32,000 bases of DNA from Methylorubrum extorquens (GCA_900234795.1 LT962688.1:4110001-4142000); one strand, 5' to 3'. Counted from the stretch's first letter, positions 1 to 8,560 are shown. Program-made: numbers and translations. Notes: generated from the sequence alone by a model not told the origin.

Positions 1-984
1 GTCCGGCATGCCGTATTTGAGCATGGCGAGGCGGTCGATGCCCATGCCGAAGGCGAAGCCCTGGACCTGATCCGGGTCGAGGCCGCCGCTGCGCAGCACG
101 TTGGGGTGGACCATGCCGCAGCCCAGAACTTCCAGCCAGTCGGTGCCCTCGCCGAAGCGCAGTTCTCCGCCCTTGCGCGAGCACTGGATATCGACCTCGG
201 CCGACGGCTCGGTGAAGGGGAAGAACGAGGGGCGGAAGCGCATCGTCACGTTCTCGACCTCGAAGAAGGCGCGGCAGAACGATTCGAGCACCCATTTCAG
301 GTTGGCGATGTTGGCCGAGCGGTCGATGACGAGGCCCTCGACCTGATGGAACATCGGCGTGTGGGTCTGGTCGGAATCGTGCCGGTAGGTGCGGCCGGGC
401 ATGATCACGCGGATCGGCGGCTGCTTGGCGCGCATGGTCCGCACCTGAACCGGCGAGGTGTGGGTGCGCAGGAGCTTGCGCCGCCCGAGATGGTCGGGGC
501 GTAAGAAGAACGTGTCGTGCATCTCCCGCGCCGGGTGGCCTTCGGGGAAGTTCAGCGCGGTGAAGTTCAGCTCGTCCGTCTCGATATCCGGCCCTTCCGC
601 CACCGAGAAGCCGAGATCGGCGAAGATCGCGGTGATCTCCTCGATGACCTGGCTGATCGGGTGGATGCGGCCGCGGATCTCCGGCGCCTCGCGCAGGGGC
701 AGCGTCACGTCGATTCGCTCGGCGGCGAGCCGCGCATCGAGGGCGGCATTCGCCAGCGCCTCGCGCTTCTGAGAAATCGCGCCCTGCACCCGGTCGCGCA
801 GGCCGTTGATGAGAGGGCCGCGCTCCTTGCGCTCGTCGGGCGTCATCGCGCCCAGCGTCTTCAGCAGCTCCGAGACGCTGCCCTTCTTGCCGAGTGCCGC
901 GACGCGCAGGGCTTCGAGGCCGGCCTCGTCCCCGGCCTGCTCGATCTGCCCGAGAAGATCGCGTTCGAGAGCGTCGAGATCCAT
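1..984 (-). CDS. pheS: Phenylalanine--tRNA ligase alpha subunit. The N-terminal 328 codons are present and the 3' end runs off the window.
   Basis: I hand-translated the reverse strand from the ATG at 984. It reads [28 protein letters not shown] ... [13 protein letters not shown] ... [12 protein letters not shown] ... [13 protein letters not shown] ... [20 protein letters not shown] ... CGMVHPNVL ... [20 protein letters not shown], open over all 984 nt. It lies downstream of rpmI-rplT as in the classical operon. It is missing from the ORF track only because no stop codon falls inside the window. Confidence 0.95.
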   Translation of the reverse strand, partial: MDLDALERDLLGQIEQAGDEAGLEALRVAALGKKGSVSELLKTLGAMTPDERKERGPLINGLRDRVQGAISQKREALANAALDARLAAERIDVTLPLREAPEIRGRIHPISQVIEEITAIFADLGFSVAEGPDIETDELNFTALNFPEGHPAREMHDTFFLRPDHLGRRKLLRTHTSPVQVRTMRAKQPPIRVIMPGRTYRHDSDQTHTPMFHQVEGLVIDRSANIANLKWVLESFCRAFFEVENVTMRFRPSFFPFTEPSAEVDIQCSRKGGELRFGEGTDWLEVLGCGMVHPNVLRSGGLDPDQVQGFAFGMGIDRLAMLKYGMPD

Positions 985-1102
985 TACCGCTGTCCTTGGC
1001 CAGTCGTCCGGCGCTGCCTTCGCGCGTCGTTTGCATTCCTGCAAGCACGCGAAGGGGGCGGGCCGGGGCCGTCGGGCAGACATGCCCCGGCCGGAAATGA
1101 AG

Positions 1103-1131
1103 AAGGCGCGGCGCTTGCCGCGCCGCGCCTT
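1103..1131 (-). terminator. Strong GC hairpin between rplT and pheS, a possible terminator or attenuator.
   Basis: The arm aaggcgcggcg(c) pairs with (g)cgccgcgcctt, giving an 11-12 bp perfect stem with a 5-7 nt loop. On the minus strand it is followed by CTTCATTTCC, which is only a weak U-tract. Confidence 0.35.
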
Positions 1132-1168
1132 GTCAGAGCTTCGAGCGTTCCGCCGTTCGGCGGAGCGA

Positions 1169-1534
1169 TCAGGCGGCCTTCGGCAGGGCCGACTTCGCCT
1201 TCTCGACGACGGCGGCGAACGCGGCCGGCTCGTGGATGGCGAGTTCGGACAGCGCCTTGCGGTCCACCTCAATGCCGGACTGAGCCAGGGCATTGATGAA
1301 GCGGGAATAGGTCAGGCCGTGCTCGCGCACCGCCGCGTTGAGCCGCTGGATCCAGAGGGCGCGGAAGGTGCGCTTCTTGTTCTTGCGGTCGCGGTAGGCG
1401 TACTGCAGACCCTTCTCCACCGCCTGCTTGGCGATGCGGATCGTATTCTTGCGGCGGCCGTAGTAGCCCTTGGCAGCCTTCAGAACCTTCTTGTGCTTCG
1501 CGTGACTGGTCACGCCACGCTTGACGCGGGCCAT
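1169..1534 (-). CDS. rplT: 50S ribosomal protein L20
   Basis: The 121-aa ORF reads [55 protein letters not shown]..., a typical L20. An AGGAGA Shine-Dalgarno sits upstream, and the gene directly follows rpmI. Confidence 0.97.
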   Translation of the reverse strand: MARVKRGVTSHAKHKKVLKAAKGYYGRRKNTIRIAKQAVEKGLQYAYRDRKNKKRTFRALWIQRLNAAVREHGLTYSRFINALAQSGIEVDRKALSELAIHEPAAFAAVVEKAKSALPKAA

Positions 1535-1586
1535 GGGAGATCTCCTGGAACGTTAAGACAAAACAGATCGCGAGGGGTGGAAGGAC

Positions 1587-1790
1587 TTACCGCTGGTTCG
1601 GCAGGAAGTACTTCTTCACGTTGGCAGCATCGCCCTCGAACAGGGTCGTCGTGCCGCGCAGGTTGCGGATCTGCTTGTTGGTCCGCTTGATCATCCCGTG
1701 GCGCTTGCCGGCCTGGGCGTACATCACCTTGCCGGTGCCGGTGATCTTGAAGCGCTTCTTGGCGCCCGACTTCGTCTTCAGCTTGGGCAT
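1587..1790 (-). CDS. rpmI: 50S ribosomal protein L35
   Basis: The internal ATG at 1790 of ORF 1587..1859 gives 67 aa: [46 protein letters not shown]..., a canonical L35. A GGAGAG Shine-Dalgarno lies just upstream. Confidence 0.95.
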   Translation of the reverse strand: MPKLKTKSGAKKRFKITGTGKVMYAQAGKRHGMIKRTNKQIRNLRGTTTLFEGDAANVKKYFLPNQR

Positions 1791-1909
1791 TTCGCTCTCC
1801 TGAACGCGACAGCGATCCGGCCGGCGGCCGGGACTTCGCGCTTGATGCTGCTGGAGCAACGGGAACCGCCACGGCAGCCCTAATCGGCCGGGCGGTTCGA
1901 CGCGGGCGG

Positions 1910-1938
1910 CTTATGGCAGAAACATCCGCCGGTTTCAA
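1910..1938 (-). promoter_or_regulatory. Candidate sigma70-type promoter for rpmI-rplT.
   Basis: The minus strand reads TTGAAA (1938-1933), a 17-nt spacer, then CATAAG (1915-1910). This is about 110 nt upstream of the rpmI ATG, and the leader contains several GC hairpins. Confidence 0.3.
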
Positions 1939-1983
1939 TCGATCGCGGACGCAACATTCGCCCTTGAGCGTTCGGCGGCGGCG

Positions 1984-2268
1984 TCAGGCGCTTTCGAGAG
2001 CACGCAAGGTGGAATAGTCGTGCTCCGCGACGGCCCTCGACAGATCGTGGGCGGTCTGGAGGCTCATCCAGAATTCCGGCGTGGTCCCGAAGAACCGGCC
2101 GAGGCGGCAGGCCGTGTCGGCGGTCATCCCGCGGCGACCGCGCAGAAGTTCGCTGATGCGGTTGGCTGGCACCTCGATCGCCTTCGCCAGAGCGTTGGCG
2201 CTCATTTCCAGGGGTCGAAGGTATTCTTCGAGCAGGATCTCGCCCGGATGAGATCTAATGCGAGGCAT
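1984..2268 (-). CDS. higA: HigA-family antitoxin (XRE-type HTH)
   Basis: The internal ATG at 2268 gives 94 aa: MPRIRSHPGEILLEEYLRPLEMSANALAKAIEVPANRISELLRGRRGMTADTACRLGRFFGTTPEFWMSLQTAHDL. This is the HigA/VapI antidote signature. It lies 13 nt downstream of the higB stop, the toxin-first order typical of HigBA. Confidence 0.85.
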   Translation of the reverse strand: MPRIRSHPGEILLEEYLRPLEMSANALAKAIEVPANRISELLRGRRGMTADTACRLGRFFGTTPEFWMSLQTAHDLSRAVAEHDYSTLRALESA

Positions 2269-2281
2269 GCCGCACCCTCCT

Positions 2282-2563
2282 TCAGTGATAATCGACAATC
2301 TCGACATCCTCGGGCCCCGAACCGTCCCATCGGAAGCAGATGCGCCATTGATCGTTGATGCGGATGCTCCACTGGCCCTCGCGATCACCCGACAGCTTCT
2401 CCAGACGGTTGCCGGGCGGGCTGCGCAGGTCGCTCACGACAGAGGCGGCGTTCAGCATATCGAGCTTGCGCCCGGCCGCAGCTTGAAAGGATCGCCAGCG
2501 GCGATGGCACACACCGTGCACGTCCAGCGCTTCGGTGTCTCTGTTACGGTAGCTGAGGATTAT
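2282..2563 (-). CDS. higB: HigB-like toxin (RelE/ParE superfamily plasmid-maintenance killer). The start codon is uncertain.
   Basis: The C-terminal 93 codons of ORF 2282..2719 read IILSYRNRDTEAL...LDMLNAASVVSDLRSPPGNRLEKLSGDREGQWSIRINDQWRICFRWDGSGPEDVEIVDYH, which matches the HigB pattern (MIxSFxxKxTE ... GNRLExLxGDRxGQxSIRINDQWRICFxW ... VEIVDYH). Where homologues have Met, this gene has ATA (2563-2561) then ATC. The only in-frame canonical starts are the ATG at 2719, which adds 52 codons of non-coding-like usage, or the GTG at 2518, which would truncate the conserved N-terminus. Confidence 0.75.
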   Translation of the reverse strand: MILSYRNRDTEALDVHGVCHRRWRSFQAAAGRKLDMLNAASVVSDLRSPPGNRLEKLSGDREGQWSIRINDQWRICFRWDGSGPEDVEIVDYH

Positions 2564-2572
2564 GAGGTCGTC

Positions 2573-2593
2573 ATTGTACGGACAACGTACAAT
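2573..2593 (-). promoter_or_regulatory. Candidate higBA operator (8-5-8 inverted repeat) overlapping a -10 box.
   Basis: ATTGTACG-gacaa-CGTACAAT is a perfect 8-bp inverted repeat. On the minus strand the promoter-proximal arm contains TACAAT, 9 nt upstream of the first conserved HigB codon. Confidence 0.45.
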
Positions 2594-2814
2594 ACCGTCT
2601 GATGCTCTGCAACCGCACCCGCGCGATCCGGCCTGCGTGGCGGGCCAACATATGTGGAAAACTGGTATTCCGTGGGGTTGCAAAGATTGCCGCTCGCCCC
2701 AGGCGCGGGGCGGAACCATAAACCTTGGCTGTCTGTTTCGTTCATGTCCCGCTCAGGCCGCGTCCCCCATTAGTCTCGCCAACATCCCTATTTCCTGTCA
2801 CAGGAGACGTCTTC

Positions 2815-3948
2815 GTGCGCATTGCCCAGGTTGCCCCGCTCGCGGAAGCCGTGCCGCCGAAGTTCTATGGCGGCACCGAGCGTGTCGTATCGTGGATCAC
2901 GGAAGAACTCGTTCGCCAGGGTCACGACGTGACCTTGTTCGCGAGCGGTGATTCTCAGACTTCGGCCAAGCTTGCCGCCTGCCACCCGGAGGGCCTGCGC
3001 CTTCTCGGCTACCGCGATCACACCGCGGGCCACCTCGCCATGCTGCATCACGTGCATCGCCGGGCGCATGAGTTCGATGTGATCCACTTCCACATCGATC
3101 TCTTGCAGTATCCGATGTTCGAGGATCTCTATCACAAGTGCCTGACGACCATGCACGGTCGCCTGGACGTGCCGGACTTCATGCCGGTCTACAACACCTT
3201 CACCGGCATGCCCCTGGTCTCGATCTCGGACAACCAGCGCGATCCGATGCCGGAGAGCTCTAACTGGCTGGCCACGATTCATCACGGCCTGCCCAAGCAG
3301 AACTGCCCCTACTATCCGGAGGCCAAGGGCGGCTACCTCGCCTTCCTCGGCCGCATCTCGCCCGAGAAGCGCCCCGACCGCGCGATCGAGATGGCGATCC
3401 GTTCCGGCACGCCTCTGAAGATCGCCGCCAAGGTCGACAAGGCCGACCAGGAGTATTGGGACGAGAAGATCGAGCCGATGATCCATCACCCGCTGGTGGA
3501 GTATATCGGCGAGATCAACGAGGAGCAGAAGAAGGACTTCCTCGGCAACGCCCTCGCGCTCGCCTTCCCGATCGACTGGCCGGAGCCCTTCGGCCTCGTG
3601 ATGATCGAGGCGATGTCGGCCGGCACCCCCGTGATCGCCTTCGGCAACGGTTCGGTACCGGAAGTCATCAAGGACGGCGTCAGCGGCTTCATCGTCAACT
3701 CGATGGACGAGGCGATCGAGGCGTGCCGCAAGGTCAAGGATCTGCCGCGTGCCGGCGTCCGCGCCCATTTCGAGGGCCGCTTCACCGCCGAGGTCATGGT
3801 CCGCAAGTACGTCTCGGCCTACGAGCAGCTCCTGGCCGGCCAGGGAAACGTGCTCAAGATGCCCGCCGCCGGCGCCTTCTCGCCCCAGTACGGTGAGCTG
3901 AACGGTTCGGCCCATGGCCCGATCCACGTCGCCGCGATGCCGGCCTAA
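2815..3948 (+). CDS. Family 4 (group 1) glycosyltransferase
   Basis: The GTG at 2815 is preceded by AGGAG (2802-2806). The product reads (V)RIAQVAPLAEAVPPKFYGGTERVVSWITEELVRQGHDVTLFASGDS ... EPFGLVMIEAMSAGTPVIAFGNGSVPEVIKDGVSGFIV, which carries the GT-B/GT4 EX7E-type C-terminal motif. GC3 is high throughout. Confidence 0.85.
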   Translation: MRIAQVAPLAEAVPPKFYGGTERVVSWITEELVRQGHDVTLFASGDSQTSAKLAACHPEGLRLLGYRDHTAGHLAMLHHVHRRAHEFDVIHFHIDLLQYPMFEDLYHKCLTTMHGRLDVPDFMPVYNTFTGMPLVSISDNQRDPMPESSNWLATIHHGLPKQNCPYYPEAKGGYLAFLGRISPEKRPDRAIEMAIRSGTPLKIAAKVDKADQEYWDEKIEPMIHHPLVEYIGEINEEQKKDFLGNALALAFPIDWPEPFGLVMIEAMSAGTPVIAFGNGSVPEVIKDGVSGFIVNSMDEAIEACRKVKDLPRAGVRAHFEGRFTAEVMVRKYVSAYEQLLAGQGNVLKMPAAGAFSPQYGELNGSAHGPIHVAAMPA

Positions 3949-4106
3949 CCGCTCGACGAAAACCCGCCCCGGCCCTCGCCGGGGCCGGCAGAGCGCCTAA
4001 CTGAATGGGTCCGACAGGGCCGCCGGTCGCTATAAGGCGATCGGCGGCCTTCGATTTGCGAGGGTCACCTCGCTCGCATCGGATCAACGGCAAAAAGGCG
4101 CTTCGC

Positions 4107-6443
4107 ATGGCGGCACAGGACGACGCAGCCCATCTCCACGCCGACGGCTCCGAGGGACAGACGGCCTCGCGGTTCGGCTTCCTCGACGCTGACGAGAACC
4201 TGCCGCAGTATCATATCGAGGCGCAGGCCTCCCTGGTGGACCGCCCCTTACGCGCCCTCAAATACGGCGAGGCCTTCGCCGTGCTCGACAGCTACGGCGA
4301 CATCGGCTGGGTTCCGGGGCCGGAGGGCCTCTACTTCCAGGACACGCGCTACCTCTCGCGCCTCGCGCTGACGATCGAGGACGAGCGGCCGATGATGCTG
4401 TCCTCGGCGATCCAGGACGACAACGGGGCGCTCAGCGTCGATCTCACCACCCCCGATATCCGGCTCGACGCGGGCGACGAGACCGCGATTCCCCGCGAGC
4501 TGATCGCCATCGAGCGCACCAAGTTCCTGTTCAAGGGCGCCTGCTACGACCGGATCGGCCTGCGCAACTACGACACCCGCCGCCGTCGCCTGCGCATCGG
4601 CGTGACGTTCGACGCCGATTACCGCGATCTGTTCGAGGTGCGCGGCTCGGACCGGGCCAACCGCGGCAAGCGGACCGTCGAGCGCCGCAGCGAGACCGAG
4701 GTGCAGTTCCGCTACGCCGGCCTCGACGAGATGGTGCGCACCACCTCGCTGCATTTCGGGCCGAAGCCGCACACGCTGGAGCCGGGCAAGGCCGAGTTCG
4801 TGGTCGAACTGGAGCCCGGAGCCAACACCTCGCTGTTCATCCGCGTCGTGTGCCAATCGCACCGCGCCTATACCAGCGCGCCGGGCCCCGAGCGGGCGGG
4901 CGAATCCGCCGCCGCAGCCCTGTCGCGGGCGGCGGGCAGCCTGGCTGAGCAGCCGGACCGGTCCTTGGGCGAGGGGCGTGTCTTCGCCCGCGCCTACCGC
5001 GACAATCGCCGCGACCAGCGCCAGATCACTGCCGGCATCACCACGATCATTTCCTCGAACGATCAGTTCAACGAGGGCCTCTGCCGGGCAACCGCCGACC
5101 TCTACATGCTGGCGACCCGGACGCAGGAGGGCATCTACCCCTTCGCCGGCATCCCCTGGTACTCCACGGTGTTCGGGCGCGACGGCATCATCACGGCGAT
5201 GATGGCGCTCTGGATCGACCCGAATTTCGGCAAGGGCGTGCTGCGCTTCCTCGCGGCGACGCAAGCCAAGGAAGTCGATCCGGCCGCCGACGCCCAGCCC
5301 GGCAAGGTGCTCCACGAGACCCGCCGCGGCGAGATGGCGATGCTCGGCGAGGTGCCCTTCCGGCACTATTACGGCACCATCGACGGCACGCCGCTCTTCG
5401 TGATGCTGGCGGCCCAATATCATGAGGTGACGGGCGACCTCGACACGATCCGGGCGATCTGGCCGCAGCTCAAGCTGGCGCTGGAATGGATCGACACATA
5501 CGGCGACCGCGACGGCGACGGCTTCGTCGAATATGCCCGCGAGACCGAGCAGGGGCTGGCCAACCAGGGCTGGAAGGACAGCCACGATTCGATCTTCCAT
5601 GCCGACGGCGCCATGGCCAAGGGGCCGATCGCCCTGTGCGAGGTTCAGGGCTACGTCTACGCCGCCAAGCGCGGTGCGGCGCGGCTCGCGAGCATGCTCG
5701 GCGAGGACGACCTTTCGGTCCGGCTCTCGGCCGCCGCCAACACCCTTCGCGAGAACTTCGACAAGGCGTTCTGGTGCGAGGAGATCGGCACCTATGCGCT
5801 CGCGCTCGATGGCGCGAAGCGCCAATGCGCCGTGCGCTCCTCCAATACCGGCCACGCCCTGTTCACCGATATCGCCCTGCCGAAGCGGGCCGCGGGCGTC
5901 GCGGCGCAGCTTCTGTCCAACGACGGGTTCAACGGCTGGGGCATCCGCACCATCGCCAAGGGCGAGGCGCGCTATAATCCGATGTCTTACCACAACGGCT
6001 CGATCTGGCCGCACGACAACGCGATCTGCGCCCTCGGTCTCGCCCGCTACGGCCTCAAGGAGGAGGCGGCGCTGGTGTTCGAGGGAATGTTCGACACGAG
6101 CCTGTACTACGACCAGAAGCGGCTGCCGGAGCTGTTCTGCGGCTTCATGCGGCGGCGCCAGCGCGGGCCCGTGAGCTATCCCGTGGCCTGCTCGCCACAG
6201 GCCTGGGCGGCGGCGGCGCCCTTCGCCTTCCTGGCCGCCTGTCTCGGGCTCGAAATCGACCAAGCCCGCAACCGCATCCGCTTCCGCAACCCGATCCTGC
6301 CGCGCTTCCTCGACGCGGTGGAGCTGTTCAACCTCAAACTCGGCGACTCGCGGGCGGATATCCGCCTGCACCGCCACGGCAACGACGTGACGGTGTCGGT
6401 GACGCGGCGCGTCGGCGACGTGCAGATCGCGATGCTGAAATAA
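4107..6443 (+). CDS. Amylo-alpha-1,6-glucosidase / glycogen-debranching-enzyme-like protein (GDE N-terminal-like domain plus (alpha/alpha)6 catalytic domain).
   Basis: The long ORF contains ...GIPWYSTVFGRDGIITAMMAL ... LHETRRGEMA ... GDRDGDGFVEY ... GLANQGWKDSHDSIFHADG ... CEVQGYVYAA ... YHNGSIWPHDNAI ... CSPQAWAAAAPF, motifs typical of GDE_C / GH-like glucoamylase-fold enzymes. I chose the ATG at 4107 as the start. An earlier in-frame start at 4005 is possible. Confidence 0.82.
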   Translation: MAAQDDAAHLHADGSEGQTASRFGFLDADENLPQYHIEAQASLVDRPLRALKYGEAFAVLDSYGDIGWVPGPEGLYFQDTRYLSRLALTIEDERPMMLSSAIQDDNGALSVDLTTPDIRLDAGDETAIPRELIAIERTKFLFKGACYDRIGLRNYDTRRRRLRIGVTFDADYRDLFEVRGSDRANRGKRTVERRSETEVQFRYAGLDEMVRTTSLHFGPKPHTLEPGKAEFVVELEPGANTSLFIRVVCQSHRAYTSAPGPERAGESAAAALSRAAGSLAEQPDRSLGEGRVFARAYRDNRRDQRQITAGITTIISSNDQFNEGLCRATADLYMLATRTQEGIYPFAGIPWYSTVFGRDGIITAMMALWIDPNFGKGVLRFLAATQAKEVDPAADAQPGKVLHETRRGEMAMLGEVPFRHYYGTIDGTPLFVMLAAQYHEVTGDLDTIRAIWPQLKLALEWIDTYGDRDGDGFVEYARETEQGLANQGWKDSHDSIFHADGAMAKGPIALCEVQGYVYAAKRGAARLASMLGEDDLSVRLSAAANTLRENFDKAFWCEEIGTYALALDGAKRQCAVRSSNTGHALFTDIALPKRAAGVAAQLLSNDGFNGWGIRTIAKGEARYNPMSYHNGSIWPHDNAICALGLARYGLKEEAALVFEGMFDTSLYYDQKRLPELFCGFMRRRQRGPVSYPVACSPQAWAAAAPFAFLAACLGLEIDQARNRIRFRNPILPRFLDAVELFNLKLGDSRADIRLHRHGNDVTVSVTRRVGDVQIAMLK

Positions 6444-6458
6444 GTCTCTTTACGTGTC

Positions 6459-6489
6459 GCCGGCGGCCTCATCTTTCGGGGCCGTCGGC
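6459..6489 (+). terminator. Hairpin downstream of the glucosidase-like gene.
   Basis: gccggcggcc pairs with ggccgtcggc across an 11-nt loop, giving a 10-bp stem with one G-U pair. There is no clear U-tract. Confidence 0.3.
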
Positions 6490-6542
6490 ACTCTAAAGCC
6501 CCGTCCAGTCATTCCGCCGCGCGGAGCCCTCATCCTTCGACG

Positions 6543-6586
6543 CAAAACAAAAAATGCGCCGCCCCCGCGAGGGAGCAGCGCATTTG
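6543..6586 (-). terminator. Rho-independent terminator of infC
   Basis: The minus strand reads AAATGCGCTGCTCCCTCGCGGGGGCGGCGCATTTTTTGTTTTG: a GC-rich stem (AATGCGC/GCGCATT plus inner pairs) followed by a T6-G-T4 tract. It lies about 50 nt past the infC stop. Confidence 0.65.
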
Positions 6587-6634
6587 CGGACGAGCCTGTT
6601 CCGCGGGATCGCGGAGAGGCCGGGGCCGGGGCGG

Positions 6635-7177
6635 TTAGCGCGGCGCCAGGATCATGATCATCTGGCGGCCTTCGAGCATCGGCTCGCTCTCGACCTTCGC
6701 GATCTCCTGGGTTTCCTGCTTCACGCGTTCCAAGAGCCGGAGGCCGATATCCTGGTGGGCGATCTCGCGGCCGCGGAAGCGGAGGGTGACCTTGACCTTG
6801 TCGCCTTCCTCGAAGAACCGCTGAACGGCCTTCATCTTCACTTCGTAATCGTGCTTGTCGATGCCGGGACGGAGCTTGATCTCCTTCACCTCGACCGTCT
6901 TCTGCCTCTTGCGGGCCTCGTTCTGCTTCTTCTGTTCGTTGAAGCGGAAGCGCCCGTAATCAAGGAACTTGCAGACGGGAGGGACCGAATTCGGCGCGAT
7001 TTCGACGAGGTCGAGGCCGACCTCCTCAGCCATGGCCAGCGCGTCGAAGAAGGGCACGACACCCCGGTTCTGCCCATCTTGGTCGATGAGCTGGACGTCG
7101 CGGACGCCGCGTATGTCCCGGTTTGCGCGCGGCCCGTCCTTCTGCGGGGCCGGCATGGCTCTCATTGGTCTGCGAAT
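6635..7177 (-). CDS. infC: Translation initiation factor IF-3, with an ATT initiation codon.
   Basis: The ORF reads ...[37 protein letters not shown] ... [17 protein letters not shown] ... [13 protein letters not shown]. In-frame ATT at 7177-7175 lies 9 nt downstream of AGGAG (7191-7187) and gives an N-terminus (M)[10 protein letters not shown].... The first ATG is at 7165. Confidence 0.9.
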   Translation of the reverse strand: MRRPMRAMPAPQKDGPRANRDIRGVRDVQLIDQDGQNRGVVPFFDALAMAEEVGLDLVEIAPNSVPPVCKFLDYGRFRFNEQKKQNEARKRQKTVEVKEIKLRPGIDKHDYEVKMKAVQRFFEEGDKVKVTLRFRGREIAHQDIGLRLLERVKQETQEIAKVESEPMLEGRQMIMILAPR

Positions 7178-7332
7178 GGCTCAGTTCTCCTGTATCAACG
7201 ACAAAACGGCAGCCTGAGAGCCACCGCGTCTGGCGAGCCCCGGCCACCGATTGATCCGGCGCTGCCGGACGGCACTAACTTGGCAAATCTTCTTGCCGAG
7301 TCAACTCGCGGGACTGATTTCGGTTCACCCTG

Positions 7333-8560
7333 TCACGTTTTGGCTCGGTTCAGAAGGTCGGCGTAGACGTTCAGGGTGCTCTCGATCATGCGATCGAGCG
7401 AGAAATTCGCCTCGACATGTGCCTGCGCCCGGCGCGCGAGGCCGTCGCGGGCGCTGGCGCCGAGCGAGAGCGCGTCCTTCAGCGCCTCAGCCAGAGCTGC
7501 GGCATCGCCGGGCGGCACCCGCCAGCCGGTGCGCTGGCCGAGTTCGACATCGGGGGGCGCCAGCACGGTCTCGGGCACGGCGCCGAGATCGGAGACGACC
7601 ACCGGAATGCCGAGCGCCTGCGCCTCGACCGCCGAGCGGCCGAACGCTTCCGGCTCCACCGAGGGGACCGCGACGACGGAAGCCGCGCGGAAGGCCGCAG
7701 GCATGTCGGTGCAATGGCCGACCCGGCGCACGATGCCCGACAGGCCGCGCGTCTCGATCAGCGCGTCGAGTTCGCGCTCATAGGCAGTGCGTCCCTGCGG
7801 ATCGCCCGCGAGCACGACGGCGAAGTCGGTAAGGCCGAGTTCGCGCAGGCGCGCGGCGGCCTCGATCAGCACCCGCTGGCCCTTCCAGGCGGTGAGCCGG
7901 GCGGCGAGCAGCACGACCCGCTCGTGCGGCGCCACGTTCCAGGCCCGGCGAAGGCTCTCGACCCGTGCCGCCGCGACCGCCGAGGGTGTGAACGCCGCCA
8001 GATCCGTGCCGCGGTGGATCACGCTGATCCGGCCGCCGGCTTGGTCGGGATGGGTCCGGCGGATCAGGTCGGCGGTGTAGTGCGAGTTGGCGATCACGAC
8101 ATCGCCCCGCGCCATCACCGAATTGTACAGAACCTTGACGCTGGTCCGGCCCGAATAGCTGCCGTGATAGGTCGTCACGAAGGGCAGCTTCAGCCGGCGC
8201 GCGGCGCCAAGCGCGACCCAGGCCGGGGCGCGGGAGCGGGCGTGCAGGATCTGTACGTTCTCGCGGCGGCAGAGCCGGGCGAGGCGCTCGACGTTGAGCG
8301 CCATGGCGAACGGGTTCTTGGTGTTGGCCGGGAACGGCACCCAGATCCCGCCCTTGGCCTGCAACTCGCCGACGAGCCGCCCGCCCTCCGTGGCCACCAG
8401 CGGCCGCGCGCCGGCCTCGGCGAGGGCGGCCGCGACGTCAACGGTGGTGCGCTCGGCGCCCCGCCTCGAGCGCCGGGATGATCTGCAGCACCGTGACGCC
8501 CGCCAACGGCGAAGCCTCGGACAACTGCACCGGGCCGCCGGACAGGCTGCCTCCGCTCAT
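7333..8560 (-). pseudogene. Family 4 glycosyltransferase, interrupted by a frameshift near its 5' end.
   Basis: The main ORF 7333..8397 has GT4 motifs (...EPEAFGRSAVEAQALGIPVVVSDLGAVPETV...). The expected N-terminus (..VTVLQIIPALEAG) is in another frame, starting at ATG 8560 or GTG 8491, and stops after 40 codons. The frames join at the C4 run 8459-8462 to give ...PALEAG(G)AERTTVDVAAALAEAGARPLVATEGGRLV.... Confidence 0.75.

Noticed and set aside
2640-2680. A possible sigma54 promoter (GG...TTGC) upstream of the GT4 gene.
   Set aside because: The GG-to-GC spacing is 4 nt longer than the TGGCAC-N5-TTGC consensus.
2564-2719. The N-terminal extension of HigB from ATG 2719.
   Set aside because: Codon usage in these 52 codons is atypical for this genome, with many A/T-ending rare codons. 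The segment spans the putative promoter/operator palindrome, and HigB family proteins are about 90-95 aa.
2712-2742. A second GGAAC...CGTT pair, considered as a possible ECF/EcfG promoter upstream of the GT4 gene.
   Set aside because: The spacer is 22 nt, outside the 16-17 nt window required for this promoter class.
4248-6377. A 709-aa ORF on the minus strand.
   Set aside because: It is antisense to the glucosidase-like gene, which has clear family motifs. The composition is typical of a shadow ORF.
7417-8481. A 354-aa plus-strand ORF. Similar cases are 2788..3927 (-), 20864..22123 (+), 8626..9411 (-), 12969..13574 (-) and 23741..24415 (-).
   Set aside because: All are mirror-strand or out-of-frame overlaps of genes with clear homology-type motifs. 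They have no motifs of their own, and their codon third-position pattern is that of an opposite-strand read.
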